64,000 bases of DNA, from assembly GCA_964016885.1 (NCBI GenBank), contig OZ024748.1, forward strand, positions 34,844,001 to 34,908,000, given 5' to 3'. Within the stretch, counting starts at the first letter, position 1. Every line of letters starts with the position of its first letter. This document shows, piece by piece, positions 50,601 through 64,000 of this stretch. The notes beneath the pieces were generated by a model, which made no database searches, was not told the DNA's origin, and saw nothing but the letters and a program-made list of their open reading frames with translations. The DNA comes from Eledone cirrhosa (taxonomy: Eukaryota). The translations under genes were made by a program, and so were the position numbers.

Positions 50601-53600
50601 TCAGGAGTAACATGGATGGTAGACAGGAGTTACATGGATGGTAGACAGTAGTAACATGGATTGTAGACAGTAGTAACATGGATGGTACACAGGAGTTACA
50701 TGGATGGTAGACAGGAGTTACATGGATGGTGGTCAGGAGTAACATGAATGGTAGACAGGAGTTACATGGATGGTAGACAGGAGTAAGATGGATGGTAGAC
50801 AGGAGTTACATGGATGGTAGACAGGAGTTAGATGGATGGTAGACAGGAGTAAGATGGGTGGTAGACAGGAGTTACATGGGTGGTAGACAGGAGTTACATG
50901 GATGGTAGACAGGAGTTACATGGATGGTAGACAGGAGTTAGATGGATGGTAGACAGGAGTTACATGGATGGTAGACAGGAGTAAGATGGATGGTAGACAG
51001 GAGTTACATGGATGGTAGACAGGAGTTAGATGGATGGTAGACAGGAGTAAGATGTATGGTGGACAGGAGTAAGATGGATGGTAGACAGGAGTAAGATGGA
51101 TGGTAAACGGGAGTTACATGGATGGTAGACAGGAGTTACATGGATGGTGGGCAGGAGGGACAGTAGTAACATGGATGGTTGATAGGAGTAACATGTATGG
51201 TAGACAGGAGTAACATGGATGCTAGACAGGAGTAAGATGGATGGTAGACAGGGGTTACATGGATGGTAGTAAGGAGTAACATGGATGGTAGAGTGAATTT
51301 TGATGGATGGTAAACTGGAGTTACATGGATGGTAGACTGGAGTTACATGGATTGTAAACAGGAGTTACATGGATGGTGGACAGGAGTAACATGGATGGTA
51401 GACAAGAGTAACATGGATGGTGGACAGAAGTAACATGGATGGTGGACAGAAGTAACATGGATGGTGGACAGGAGTACCATGGATGGTAGGCAGGAATTAC
51501 ATGGATGGTGGACAGGAGTTACATGGATGGTAGGCAGGAGTAAGATGGATGGTAAACAGGAGTTACATGGATGGTAGACAGAAGTAAGATGGATGGTAAA
51601 CAGGAGTTACATGGATGGTAGACAGGAGTACCATGGATGGTAGGCAGGAATTACATGGATGGTGGACAGGAGTTACATGGATGGTAGGCAGGAGTTACAT
51701 GGATGGTAGACAGGAGTAAGATGGATGGTGGACAGGAGTAACATGGATGGTAGACAGGAGTTACATGGATGGTAGACAGTAGTAACATGGATTGTAGACA
51801 GTAGTAACATGGATGGTACACAGGAGTTACATGGATGGTAGACAGGAGTTACATGGATGGTGGTCAGGAGTAACATGGATGGTAGACAGGAGTTACATGG
51901 ATGGTAGACAGGAGTAAGATGGATGGTAGACAGGAGTTACATGGATGGTAGACAGGAGTTAGATGGATGGTAGACAGGAGTAAGATGGATGGTGGACAGG
52001 AGTAAGTTGGGTGGTAGACAGGTGTTATAAGGATGGTAGACAGGAGTTACATGGATGGTAGCAGGAGTAAGATGGGTGGTAGACAGGAGTTACATGGGTG
52101 GTAGACAGGAGTTACATGGATGGTAGACAGGAGTTACATGGATGGTAGACAGGAGTTAGATGGATGGTAGACAGGAGTTACATGGATGGTAGACAGGAGT
52201 TACATGGGTGGTAGACAGGAGTTACATGGGTGGTAGACAGGAGTAAGATGGATGGTAGACAGGAGTTACATGGATGGTAGACAGGAGTTAGATGGATGGT
52301 AGACAGGAGTAAGATGTATGGTGGACAGGAGTAAGATGGATGGTAGACAGGAGTAAGATGGATGGTAAACAGGAGTTACATGGATGGTAGACAGGAGTTA
52401 CATGGATGGTGGGCAGGAGGGACAGTAGTAACATGGATGGTAGTAAGGAGTAACATGGATGGTAGAGTGAATTTTGATGGATGGTAAACTGGAGTTACAT
52501 GGATGGTAGACTGGAGTTACATGGATGGTAAACAGGAGTTACATGGATGGTGGACAGGAGTAACATGGATGGTAGACAAGAGTAACATGGATGGTGGACA
52601 GAAGTAACATGGATGGTGGACAGGAGTACCATGGATGGTAGGCAGGAATTACATGGATGGTGGACAGGAGTACCATGGATGGTAGGCAGGAATTACATGG
52701 ATGGTGGACAGAGTTACATGAATGGTAGGCAGGAGTAAGATGGATGGTAAACAGGAGTTACATGGATGGTAGACAGAAGTAAGATGGATGGTAAACAGGA
52801 GTTACATGGATGGTAGACAGGAGTACCATGGATGGTAGGCAGGAATTACATGGATGGTGGACAGGAGTTACATGGATGGTAGACAGGAGTAAGATGGATG
52901 GTAGACAGGAGTTACATGGATGGTAGACAGGGGTTACATGGATGGTAGACAGGAGTAACATGGATGGTAGACAGGAGTTACATGGATGGTGGACAGGAGT
53001 AACGTGGATGGTAAACAGTTGTTACATGGATGGTAGACAGGAGTAACATGGATGGTAGATAGGAGTTATATGGATGGTAGACAGGAGTAAGATGGATGGT
53101 AGATAGGAGTTATATGGATGGTAGACAGGAGTTACATGGATGGTGGACAGTAGTAACATGGATGGTGGACAGGAGTTACACGGATGGTGGACAGTAGTAA
53201 CATGGATGGTAGACAGGAGTTACATGGATGGTGGACAGTAGTAACATGGATGGTAGACAGGAGTAAGATGGATGGTAGACAGGAGTTACATGGATGGTAG
53301 ACAGGAGTTAGATGGATGGTGGACAGGAGTAAGATGGATGGTAGACAGGAGTTACATGGATGGTAGACAGGATTTACATGGATGGTGGACAGGAGTAAAA
53401 TAGATGGTGGACAGGAGTTACATGGATGGTAGACAGGAGTAACATGGATGGTAGACAGGAGTTACATGGATGGTAGACAGGATTTACATGGATGGTGGAC
53501 AGGAGTAAAATAGATGGTGGACAGGAGTTACATAGATGGTTGAGAGGAGTTACATGGATGGTAGACAGGAGTAGACATGGATGATAGACAGGAGTTACAT

Positions 53601-56600
53601 GGATGGTAGACAAGAGTAACATGGATGGTAGACAGGAGTTACATGGATCGTAGACAGGATTTACATGGATGGTAAACAGGAGTAACATGGATGGTGGACA
53701 GGAGTAAGTTGGATGGTAGACAGGAGTTACTTGTATGGTGGACAGGAGGGACAGGAGTAACATGGATGCTACACAGGAGTTACAGGGATGGTGGACAGTA
53801 GTAACATGGATGACAGCCAGGTGTTACAAGGATGGTAGAAAGTAGTAAGATGGATGGTAGACAGGAGTTACATGGATGGTAGACAGGTATTACATGGATG
53901 GTAGACAGGAGTTACATGGATGGTAGACAGGAGTTACATGGATGGTAGACAGGAGTAAGATGGATGGTAGGCAGGAGTAAGCTGGATGGTAGGCAGGAGT
54001 AAGCTGGATGGTAGGCAGGAGTTACATGGATGGTAGGCAGGAGTTACATGGATGGTAGGCAGGAGTTACATGGATGGTAGGCAGGAGTTAGATGGATGTT
54101 AGACAGGAGTTACATGGATGGTAGACAGGAGTAACATGGATGGTAGACAGTAATTACATGGATGGTAGACAGGAGTTACATGGATGGTAGACAGGAGTTA
54201 GATGGATGGTAGACAGGAGTTATATGGATGGTAGCCAGGAGTTAGATGGATGGTAGACAGTAGTAAGATGGATGGTAGACAGTAGTAAGATGGATGGTAG
54301 TCGGGGGTTAGATGGATGGTGGACAGGGGTTAGATGGATGGTAGACAGGAGTAAGATGGATGGTAGACAGTAGTAAGATGGATGGTAGTCAGGGGTTAGA
54401 TGGATGGTAGTCAGGGGTTAGATGGATGGTGGACAGGGGTTAGATGGATGGTAGACAGGAGTAACGTGGATGGTAGACAGGAGTAACGTGGATGGTAGAC
54501 AGGAGTTACATGGATGGTAGACAGGAGTAAGATGGATGGTAGATAGGAGTTATATGGATGGTAGACAGGAGTTACATGGATGGTGGACAGTAGTAACATG
54601 GATGGTAGACAGGAGTTACATGGATGGTAGACAACAGTAACATGGATGGTAGACAGGAGTAACATGGATGGTAGACAGGAGTTACATGGATGGTAGACAG
54701 GAGCAACATGGATGGTAGACAGGAGTTACATGGATGGTAGACAGGATTTACATGGATGGTGGACAGGAGTAAAATAGATGGTGGACAGGAGTTACATAGA
54801 TGGTTGACAGGAGTTACATGGATGGTAGACAGGAGTAGACATGGATGATAGACAGGAGTTACATGGATGGTAGACAAGAGTAACATGGATGATAGACAGG
54901 AGTTACATGGATCGTAGACAGGATTTACATGGATGGTAAACAGGAGTAACATGGATGGTGGACAGGAGTAAGTTGGATGGTAGACAGGAGTTACTTGTAT
55001 GGTGGACAGGAGGGACAAGAGTAACATGGATGCTACACAGGAGTTACAGGGATGGTAGACAGGAGTTACAGGGATGGTGGACAGTAGTAACATGGATGAC
55101 AGCCAGGTGTTACAAGGATGGTAGAAAGTAGTAAGATGGATGGTAGACAGGAGTTACATGGATGGTAGACAGGTATTACATGGATGGTAGACAGGAGTTA
55201 CATGGATGGTAGACAGGAGTTACATGGATGGTAGACAGGAGTTAGATGGATGGTAGGCAGGAGTTAGATGGATGGTAGGCAGGAGTTAGATGGATGGTAG
55301 ACAGGAGTTACATGGATGGTAGACAGGAGTTAGATGGATGGTAGACAGGAGTTAGATGGATGGTAGACAGGAGTAAGATGGATGGTAGACAGGAGTTACA
55401 TGGATGGTAGACAGGATTACATGGATGGTAGACAGGAGTAACGTAGAGGGTAAACAGGAGTTACATGGATGGTAGACAGGAGTAAGATGGGTGGTTGACA
55501 GGAGTAACATGGATGGTGGTCAGGAGTAACATGGTTGGTAGACAGGAATTACATGGATGGTGGACAGGAGTAACATGGATGGTAGACAGGAGTTACATGG
55601 ATGGTATACAGGAGTAAGTTGGATGGTAGACAGGAGTTACATGGAGGGTAGTCAGGAGTAAGATGGATGGTAGACAGGAGTTACATGAATGGTAGACAGG
55701 AGTTACATGGATGGTAGACAGGAGTTACATGGGTGGTAGACAGGAGTTACATGGATGGTAGACAGGAGTTACATGGATGGTAGACAGGAGTTAGATGGAT
55801 GGTAGACAGGAGTTACATGGATGGTAGACAGGAGTTACATGGATGGTAGACAGGAGTAAGATGGATGGTAGACAGGAGTTACATGGATGGTAGACAGGAG
55901 TTAGATGGATGGTAGACAGGAGTAAGATGTATGGTGGACAGGAGTAAGATGGATGGTAGACAGGAGTAAGATGGATGGTAAACAGGAGTTACATGGATGG
56001 TAGACAGGAGTTACATGGATGGTGGGCAGGAGGGACAGTAGTAACATGGATGGTTGATAGGAGTAACATGTATGGTAGACAGGAGTAACATGGATGCTAG
56101 ACAGGAGTAAGATGGATGGTAGACAGGGGTTACATGGATGGTAGTAAGGAGTAACATGGATGGTAGAGTGAATTTTGATGGATGGTAAACTGGAGTTACA
56201 TGGATGGTAGACTGGAGTTACATGGATTGTAAACAGGAGTTACATGGATGGTGGACAGGAGAAACATGGATGGTAGACAAGAGTAACATGGATGGTGGGC
56301 AGAAGTAACATGGATGGTGGACAGAAGTAACATGGATGGTGGACAGGAGTACCATGGATGGTAGACAGGAGTAAGATGGATGGTGGACAGGAGTACCATG
56401 GATGGTAGACAGGAGTAAGATGGATGGTGGACAGGAGTAACATGGATGGTAGACAGGAGTTACATGGATGGTAGACAGTAGTAACATGGATTGTAGACAG
56501 TAGTAACATGGATGGTACACAGGAGTTACATGGATGGTAGACAGGAGTTACATGGATGGTGGTCAGGAGTAACATGGATGGTAGACAGGAGTTACATGGA

Positions 56601-59600
56601 TGGTAGACAGGAGTAAGATGGATGGTGGACAGGAGTAAGTTGGGTGGTAGACAGGTGTTATAAGGATGGTAGACAGGAGTTACATGGATGGTAGCAGGAG
56701 TAAGATGGGTGGTAGACAGGAGTAAGATGGGTGGTAGACAGGAGTTACATGGATGGTAGACAGGAGTTACATGGATGGTAGGAGTTACATGGATGGTAGA
56801 CAGGAGTTACATGGATGGTAGACAGGAGTTACATGGATGGTAGACAGGAGTTAGATGGATGGTAGACAGGAGTTACATGGATGGTAGCAGGAGTAAGATG
56901 GGTGGTAGACAGGAGTTACATGGATGGTAGACAGGAGTTACATGGGTGGTAGACAGGAGTTACATGGATGGTAGACAGGAGTTACATGAATGGTAGACAG
57001 GAGTTAGATGGATGGTAGGCAGGAGTTACATGGATGGTAGACAGGAGTTACATGGGTGGTAGACAGGAGTTACATGGGTGGTAGACAGGAGTAAGATGGA
57101 TGGTAGACAGGAGTTACATGGATGGTAGACAGGAGTTAGATGGATGGTAGACAGGAGTAAGATGTATGGTGGACAGGAGTAAGATGGATGGTAAACAGGA
57201 GTTACATGGATGGTAGACAGGAGTTACATGGATGGTGGGCAGGAGGGACAGTAGTAACATGGATGGTTGATAGGAGTAACATGTATGGTAGACAGGAGTA
57301 ACATGGATGCTAGACAGGAGTAAGATGGATGGTAGACAGGGGTTACATGGATGGTAGTAAGGAGTAACATGGATGGTAGAGTGAATTTTGGTGGATGGTA
57401 AACTGGAGTTACATGGATGGTAGACTGGAGTTACATGGATGGTAAACAGGTGTTACATGGATGGTGGACAGGAGTAACATGGATGGTAGACAAGAGTAAC
57501 ATGGATGGTGGACAGAAGTAACGTGGATGGTGGACAGAAGTAACATGGATGGTGGACAGGAGTACCATGGATGGTAGGCAGGAATTACATGGATGGTGGA
57601 CAGGAGTACCATGGATGGTAGGCAGGAATTACATGGATGGTGGACAGGAGTTACATGAATGGTAGGCAGGAGTAAGATGGATGGTAAACAGGAGTTACAT
57701 GGATGGTAGACAGGAGTACCATGGATGGTAGGCAGGAATTACATGGATGGTGGACAGGAGTTACATGGATGGTAGACAGGAGTAAGATGGATGGTAGACA
57801 GGAGTTACATGGATGGTAGACAGGGGTTACATGGATGGTAGACAGGAGTAACATGGATGGTAGACAGGAGTTACATGGATGGTGGACAGGAGTAACGTGG
57901 ATGGTAAACAGTTGTTACATGGATGGTAGACAGGAGTAAGATGGATGGTAGATAGGAGTTATATGGATGGTAGACAGGAGTAAGATGGATGGTAGATAGG
58001 AGTTATATGGATGGTAGACAGGAGTTACATGGATGGTGGACAGTAGTAACATGGATGGTAGACAGGAGTTACATGGATGGTGGACAGTAGTAACATGGAT
58101 GGTAGACAGGAGTAAGATGGATGGTAGGCAGGAGTTACATGGATGGTAGACAGGAGTTAGATGGATGGTAGACAGGAGTAAGATGTATGGTGGACAGGAG
58201 TAAGATGGATGGTAGACAGGAGTTACATGGATGGTAGACAGGATTTACATGGATGGTGGACAGGAGTAAAATAGATGGTGGACAGGAGTTACATGGATGG
58301 TAGACAGGAGTAACATGGATGGTAGACAGGAGTTACATGGATGGTAGACAGGATTTACATGGATGGTGGACAGGAGTAAAATAGATGGTGGACAGGAGTT
58401 ACATAGATGGTTGAGAGGAGTTACATGGATGGTAGACAGGAGTAGACATGGATGATAGACAGGAGTTACATGGATGGTAGACAGGAGTTACATGGATGGT
58501 AGACAGGATTTACATGGATGGTGGACAGGAGTAAAATAGATGGTGGACAGGAGTTACATAGATGGTTGAGAGGAGTTACATGGATGGTAGACAGGAGTAG
58601 ACATGGATGATAGACAGGAGTTACATGGATGGTAGACAAGAGTAACATGGATGGTAGACAGGAGTTACATGGATCGTAGACGGGATTTACATGGATGGTA
58701 AACAGGAGTAACATGGATGGTGGACAGGAGTAAGTTGGATGGTAGACAGGAGTTACTTGTATGGTGGACAGGAGGGACAGGACTAACATGGATGCTACAC
58801 AGGAGTTACAGGGATGGTGGACAGTAGTAACATGGATGACAGCCAGGTGTTACAAGGATGGTAGAAAGTAGTAAGATGGATGGTAGACAGGAGTTACATG
58901 GATGGTAGACAGGTATTACATGGATGGTAAACTGGAGTTACATGGATGGTAGTCAGGAGTTACATGGATGGTAGACAGGAGTAAGATGGATGGTAGGCAG
59001 GAGTAAGCTGGATGGTAGGCAGGAGTTACATGGATGGTAGGCAGGAGTTACATGGATGGTAGACAAGAGTTACATGGATGGTGGGCAGGAGTTAGATGGA
59101 TGGTAGACAGGAGTTATATGGATGGTAGGCAGGAGTTAGATGGATGTTAGACAGGAGTTACATGGATGGTAGACTGGAGTAACATGGATGGTAGACAGTA
59201 ATTACATGGATGGTAGACAGGAGTTAGATGGATGGTAGACAGGAGTTAGATGGATGGTAGACAGGAGTTATATGGATGGTAGCCAGGAGTTAGATGGATG
59301 GTAGACAGGAGTAAGATGGATGGTAGACAGTAGTAAGATGGATGGTAGTCAGGGGTTAGATGGATGGTAGTCAGGGGTTAGATGGATGGTGGACAGGGGT
59401 TAGATGGATGGTAGACAGGAGTAACGTGGATGGTAGACAGGAGTAACGTGGATGGTAGACAGGAGTTACATGGATGGTAGACAAGAGTAAGATGGATCGT
59501 AGATAGGAGTTATATGGATGGTAGACAGGAGTTACATGGATGGTGGACAGTAGTAACATGGATGGTAGACAGGAGTTACATGGATGGTGGACAGTAGTAA

Positions 59601-62600
59601 CATGGATGGTAGACAGGAGTTACATGGCTGGTAGACAACAGTAACATGGATGGTAGACAGGAGTAACATGGATGGTAGACAGGAGTTACATGGATGGTAG
59701 ACAGGAGTAACATGGATGGTAGACAGGAGTTACATGGATGGTAGACAGGATTTACATGGATGGTGGACAGGAGTAAAATAGATGGTGGACAGGAGTTACA
59801 TAGATGGTTGACAGGAGTTACATGGATGGTGGACAGGAGTTACATAGATGGTTGACAGGAGTTACATGGATGGTAGACAGGAGTAGACATGGATGATAGA
59901 CAGGAGTTACATGGATGGTAGACAAGAGTAACATGGATGGTAGACAGGAGTTACATGGATCGTAGACAGGATTTACATGGATGGTAAACAGGAGTAACAT
60001 GGATGGTGGACAGGAGTAAGTTGGATGGTAGACAGGAGTTACTTGTATGGTGGACAGGAGGGACAGGAGTAACATGGATGCTACACAGGAGTTACAGGGA
60101 TGGTAGACAGGAGTTGCAGGGATGGTGGACAGTAGTAACATGGATGACAGCCAGGTGTTACAAGGATGGTAGAAAGTAGTAAGATGGATGGTAGACAGGA
60201 GTTACATGGATGGTAGACAGGTATTACATGGATGGTAGACAGGAGTTACATGGATGGTAGACAGGAGTTACATGGATGGTAGACAGGAGTTAGATGGATG
60301 GTAGGCAGGAGTTAGATGGATGGTAGGCAGGAGTTAGATGGATGGTAGACAGGAGTTACATGGATGGTAGACAGGAGTTAGATGGATGGTAGACAGGAGT
60401 TAGATGGATGGTAGACAGGAGTAAGATGGATGGTAGACAGGAGTTACATGGATGGTAGACAGGAGTTACATGGATGGTAGACAGGAGTAACGTAGAGGGT
60501 AAACAGGAGTTACATGGATGGTAGACAGGAGTAACATGGATGGTAGACAGGAGTAACATGGATGGTAGACAGGAGTAAGATGGGTGGTTGACAGGAGTAA
60601 CATGGATGGTGGTCAGGAGTAACATGGTTGGTAGACAGGAATTACATGGATGGTGGACAGGAGTAACATGGATGGTAGACAGGAGTTACATGGATGGTAT
60701 ACAGGAGTAAGTTGGATGGTAGACAGGAGTTACATGGATGGTAGTCAGGAGTAAGATGGATGGTAGACAGGAGTTACATGAATGGTAGACAGGAGTTACA
60801 TGGATGGTAGACAGGAGTTACATGGATGGTAGACAAGAGTTACATGGATGGTAGACAGGATTTACATGGATGGTGGACAGGAGTAACATGGATGGTAGAC
60901 AGGAGTTACATGGATGGTAGACAGTAGTAACATGGATTGTAGACAGTAATAACATGGATGGTACACAGGAGTTACATGGATGGTAGACAGGAGTTACATG
61001 GATGGTGGTCAGGAGTAACATGGATGGTAGACAGGAGTTACATGGATGGTAGACAGGAGTAAGATGGATGGTAAACAGGAGTTACATGGATGGTAGACAG
61101 GAGTTAGATGGATGGTAGACAGGAGTAAGATGGATGGTGGACAGGAGTAAGTTGGGTGGTAGACAGGTGTTATAAGGATGGTAGGCAGGAGTTACATGGA
61201 TGGTAGACAGGAGTAAGATGGGTGGTAGACAGGAGTAAGATGGGTGGTAGGCAGGAGTTACATGGGTGGTAGACAGGAGTTACATGGATGGTAGACAGGA
61301 GTTACATGGATGGTAGACAGGAGTTAGATGGATGGTAGACAGGAGTTACATGGATGGTAGACAGGAGTTACATGGATGGTAGACAGGAGTAAGATGGATG
61401 GTAGACAGGAGTTACATGGATGGTAGACAGGAGTTAGATGGATGGTAGACAGGAGTAAGATGTATGGTGGACAGGAGTAAGATGGATGGTAGACAGGAGT
61501 AAGATGGATGGTAAACAGGAGTTACATGGATGGTAGACAGGAGTTACATGGATGGTGGGCAGGAGGGACAATAGTAACATGGATGGTTGATAGGAGTAAC
61601 ATGTATGGTAGACAGGAGTAACATGGATGCTAGACAGGAGTAAGATGGATGGTAGACAGGGGTTACATGGATGGTAGTAAGGAGTAACATGGATGGTAGA
61701 GTGAATTTTGATGGATGGTAAACTGGAGTTACATGGATGGTAGACTGGAGTTACATGGATGGTAAACAGGAGTTACATGGATGGTGGACAGGAGAAACAT
61801 GGATGGTAGACAAGAGTAACATGGATGGTGGACAGAAGTAACATGGATGGTGGACAGAAGTAACATGGATGGTGGACAGGAGTACCATGGATGGTAGGCA
61901 GGAATTACTTGGATGGTGGACAGGAGTTACATGGATGGTAGACAGGAGTAAGATGGATGGTAGACAGTAGTAACATGGATTGTAGACAGTAGTAACATGG
62001 ATGGTACACAGGAGTTACATGGATGGTAGACAGGAGTTACATGGATGGTAGACAGGAGTTACATGGATGGTAGACAGGAGTAAGATGGATGGTAGACAGG
62101 AGTTACATGGATGGTAGACAGGAGTTAGATGGATGGTAGACAGGAGTAAGATGGATGGTGGACAGGAGTAAGTTGGGTGGTAGACAGGTGTTATAAGGAT
62201 GGTAGACAGGAGTTACATGGATGGTAGACAGAAGTAAGATGGATGGTAAACAGGAGTTACATGGATGGTAGACAGGAGTACCATGGATGGTAGGCAGGAA
62301 TTACATGGATGGTGGACAGGAGTTACATGGATGGTAGACAGGAGTAAGATGGATGGTGGACAGGAGTACCATGGATGGTAGACAGGAGTAAGATGGATGG
62401 TGGACAGGAGTAACATGGATGGTAGACAGGAGTTACATGGATGGTAGACAGTAGTAACATGGATTGTAGACAGTAGTAACATGGATGGTACACAGGAGTT
62501 ACATGGATGGTAGACAGGAGTTACATGGATGGTGGTCAGGAGTAACATGGATGGTAGACAGGAGTTACATGGATGGTAGACAGGAGTAAGATGGATGGTA

Positions 62601-64000
62601 GACAGGAGTTACATGGATGGTAGACAGGAGTTAGATGGATGGTAGACAGGAGTAAGATGGATGGTGGACAGGAGTAAGTTGGGTGGTAGACAGGTGTTAT
62701 AAGGATGGTAGACAGGAGTTACATGGATGGTAGCAGGAGTAAGATGGGTGGTAGACAGGAGTAAGATGGGTGGTAGACAGGAGTTACATGGATGGTAGAC
62801 AGGAGTTACATGGATGGTAGGAGTTACATGGATGGTAGACAGGAGTTACATGGATGGTAGACAGGAGTTACATGGATGGTAGACAGGAGTTAGATGGATG
62901 GTAGACAGGAGTTACATGGATGGTAGCAGGAGTAAGATGGGTGGTAGACAGGAGTTACATGGATGGTAGACAGGAGTTACATGGGTGGTAGACAGGAGTT
63001 ACATGGATGGTAGACAGGAGTTACATGAATGGTAGACAGGAGTTAGATGGATGGTAGGCAGGAGTTAGATGGATGGTAGACAGGAGTTACATGGGTGGTA
63101 GACAGGAGTTACATGGGTGGTAGACAGGAGTAAGATGGATGGTAGACAGGAGTTACATGGATGGTAGACAGGAGTTAGATGGATGGTAGACAGGAGTAAG
63201 ATGTATGGTGGACAGGAGTAAGATGGATGGTAAACAGGAGTTACATGGATGGTAGACAGGAGTTACATGGATGGTGGGCAGGAGGGACAGTAGTAACATG
63301 GATGGTTGATAGGAGTAACATGTATGGTAGACAGGAGTAACATGGATGCTAGACAGGAGTAAGATGGATGGTAGACAGGGGTTACATGGATGGTAGTAAG
63401 GAGTAACATGGATGGTAGAGTGAATTTTGGTGGATGGTAAACTGGAGTTACATGGATGGTAGACTGGAGTTACATGGATGGTAAACAGGAGTTACATGGA
63501 TGGTGGACAGGAGTAACATGGATGGTAGACAAGAGTAACATGGATGGTGGACAGAAGTAACGTGGATGGTGGACAGAAGTAACATGGATGGTGGACAGGA
63601 GTACCATGGATGGTAGGCAGGAATTACATGGATGGTGGACAGGAGTACCATGGATGGTAGGCAGGAATTACATGGATGGTGGACAGGAGTTACATGGATG
63701 GTAGACAGGAGTTACATGAATGGTGGACAGGAGTTACATGGATGGTAGACAGGAGTACCATGGATGGTAGGCAGGAATTACATGGATGGTGGACAGGAGT
63801 TACATGGATGGTAGACAGGAGTAAGATGGATGGTAGACAGGAGTTACATGGATGGTAGACAGGGGTTACATGGATGGTAGACAGGAGTAACATGGATGGT
63901 AGACAGGAGTTACATGGATGGTGGACAGGAGTAACGTGGATGGTAAACAGTTGTTACATGGATGGTAGACAGGAGTAAGATGGATGGTAGATAGGAGTTA
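35652..64000. repeat. 22-bp satellite array (consensus acaggagttacatggatggtag), more than 28 kb, about 1300 units, intronic in the SLC25A40-like gene
   Basis: Continuous 22-nt periodicity to the window end, with recurring variant blocks. Confidence 0.98.

Noticed and set aside
35868-63893. Dozens of ORFs of the MLLLSTIHVTPVYHP type
   Set aside because: Translations of the 22-bp satellite with frequent stops and no coding signature

Overview
Repeat-rich animal genomic DNA, most likely an octopus/coleoid cephalopod (inferred from the tRNA-headed, (ATG)n-tailed SINE fragments, RTE LINEs and heavy (AT)n/(GT)n load; not verified). Two conserved genes converge tail-to-tail: a complete 4-exon GATAD1 (+, 21252-29481, about 270 aa) and the last six coding exons of a mitochondrial carrier of the SLC25A39/40 type (-, 31451-35643). 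The upstream intron of the carrier gene is filled by a 22-bp satellite of more than 28 kb (35652 to the window end). It abuts the 3' splice site, nearly lacks AG on the transcribed strand, supplies CTAAC branch-point-like motifs and has layered higher-order structure. The left part holds an apparently full-length but frameshifted L1/Tx1-type LINE with a candidate 14-bp TSD, a truncated RTE-like LINE, several minisatellites and long inverted repeats. A recurring theme is tandem amplification seeded at exon boundaries, plus several long near-perfect hairpins that could be dsRNA substrates.
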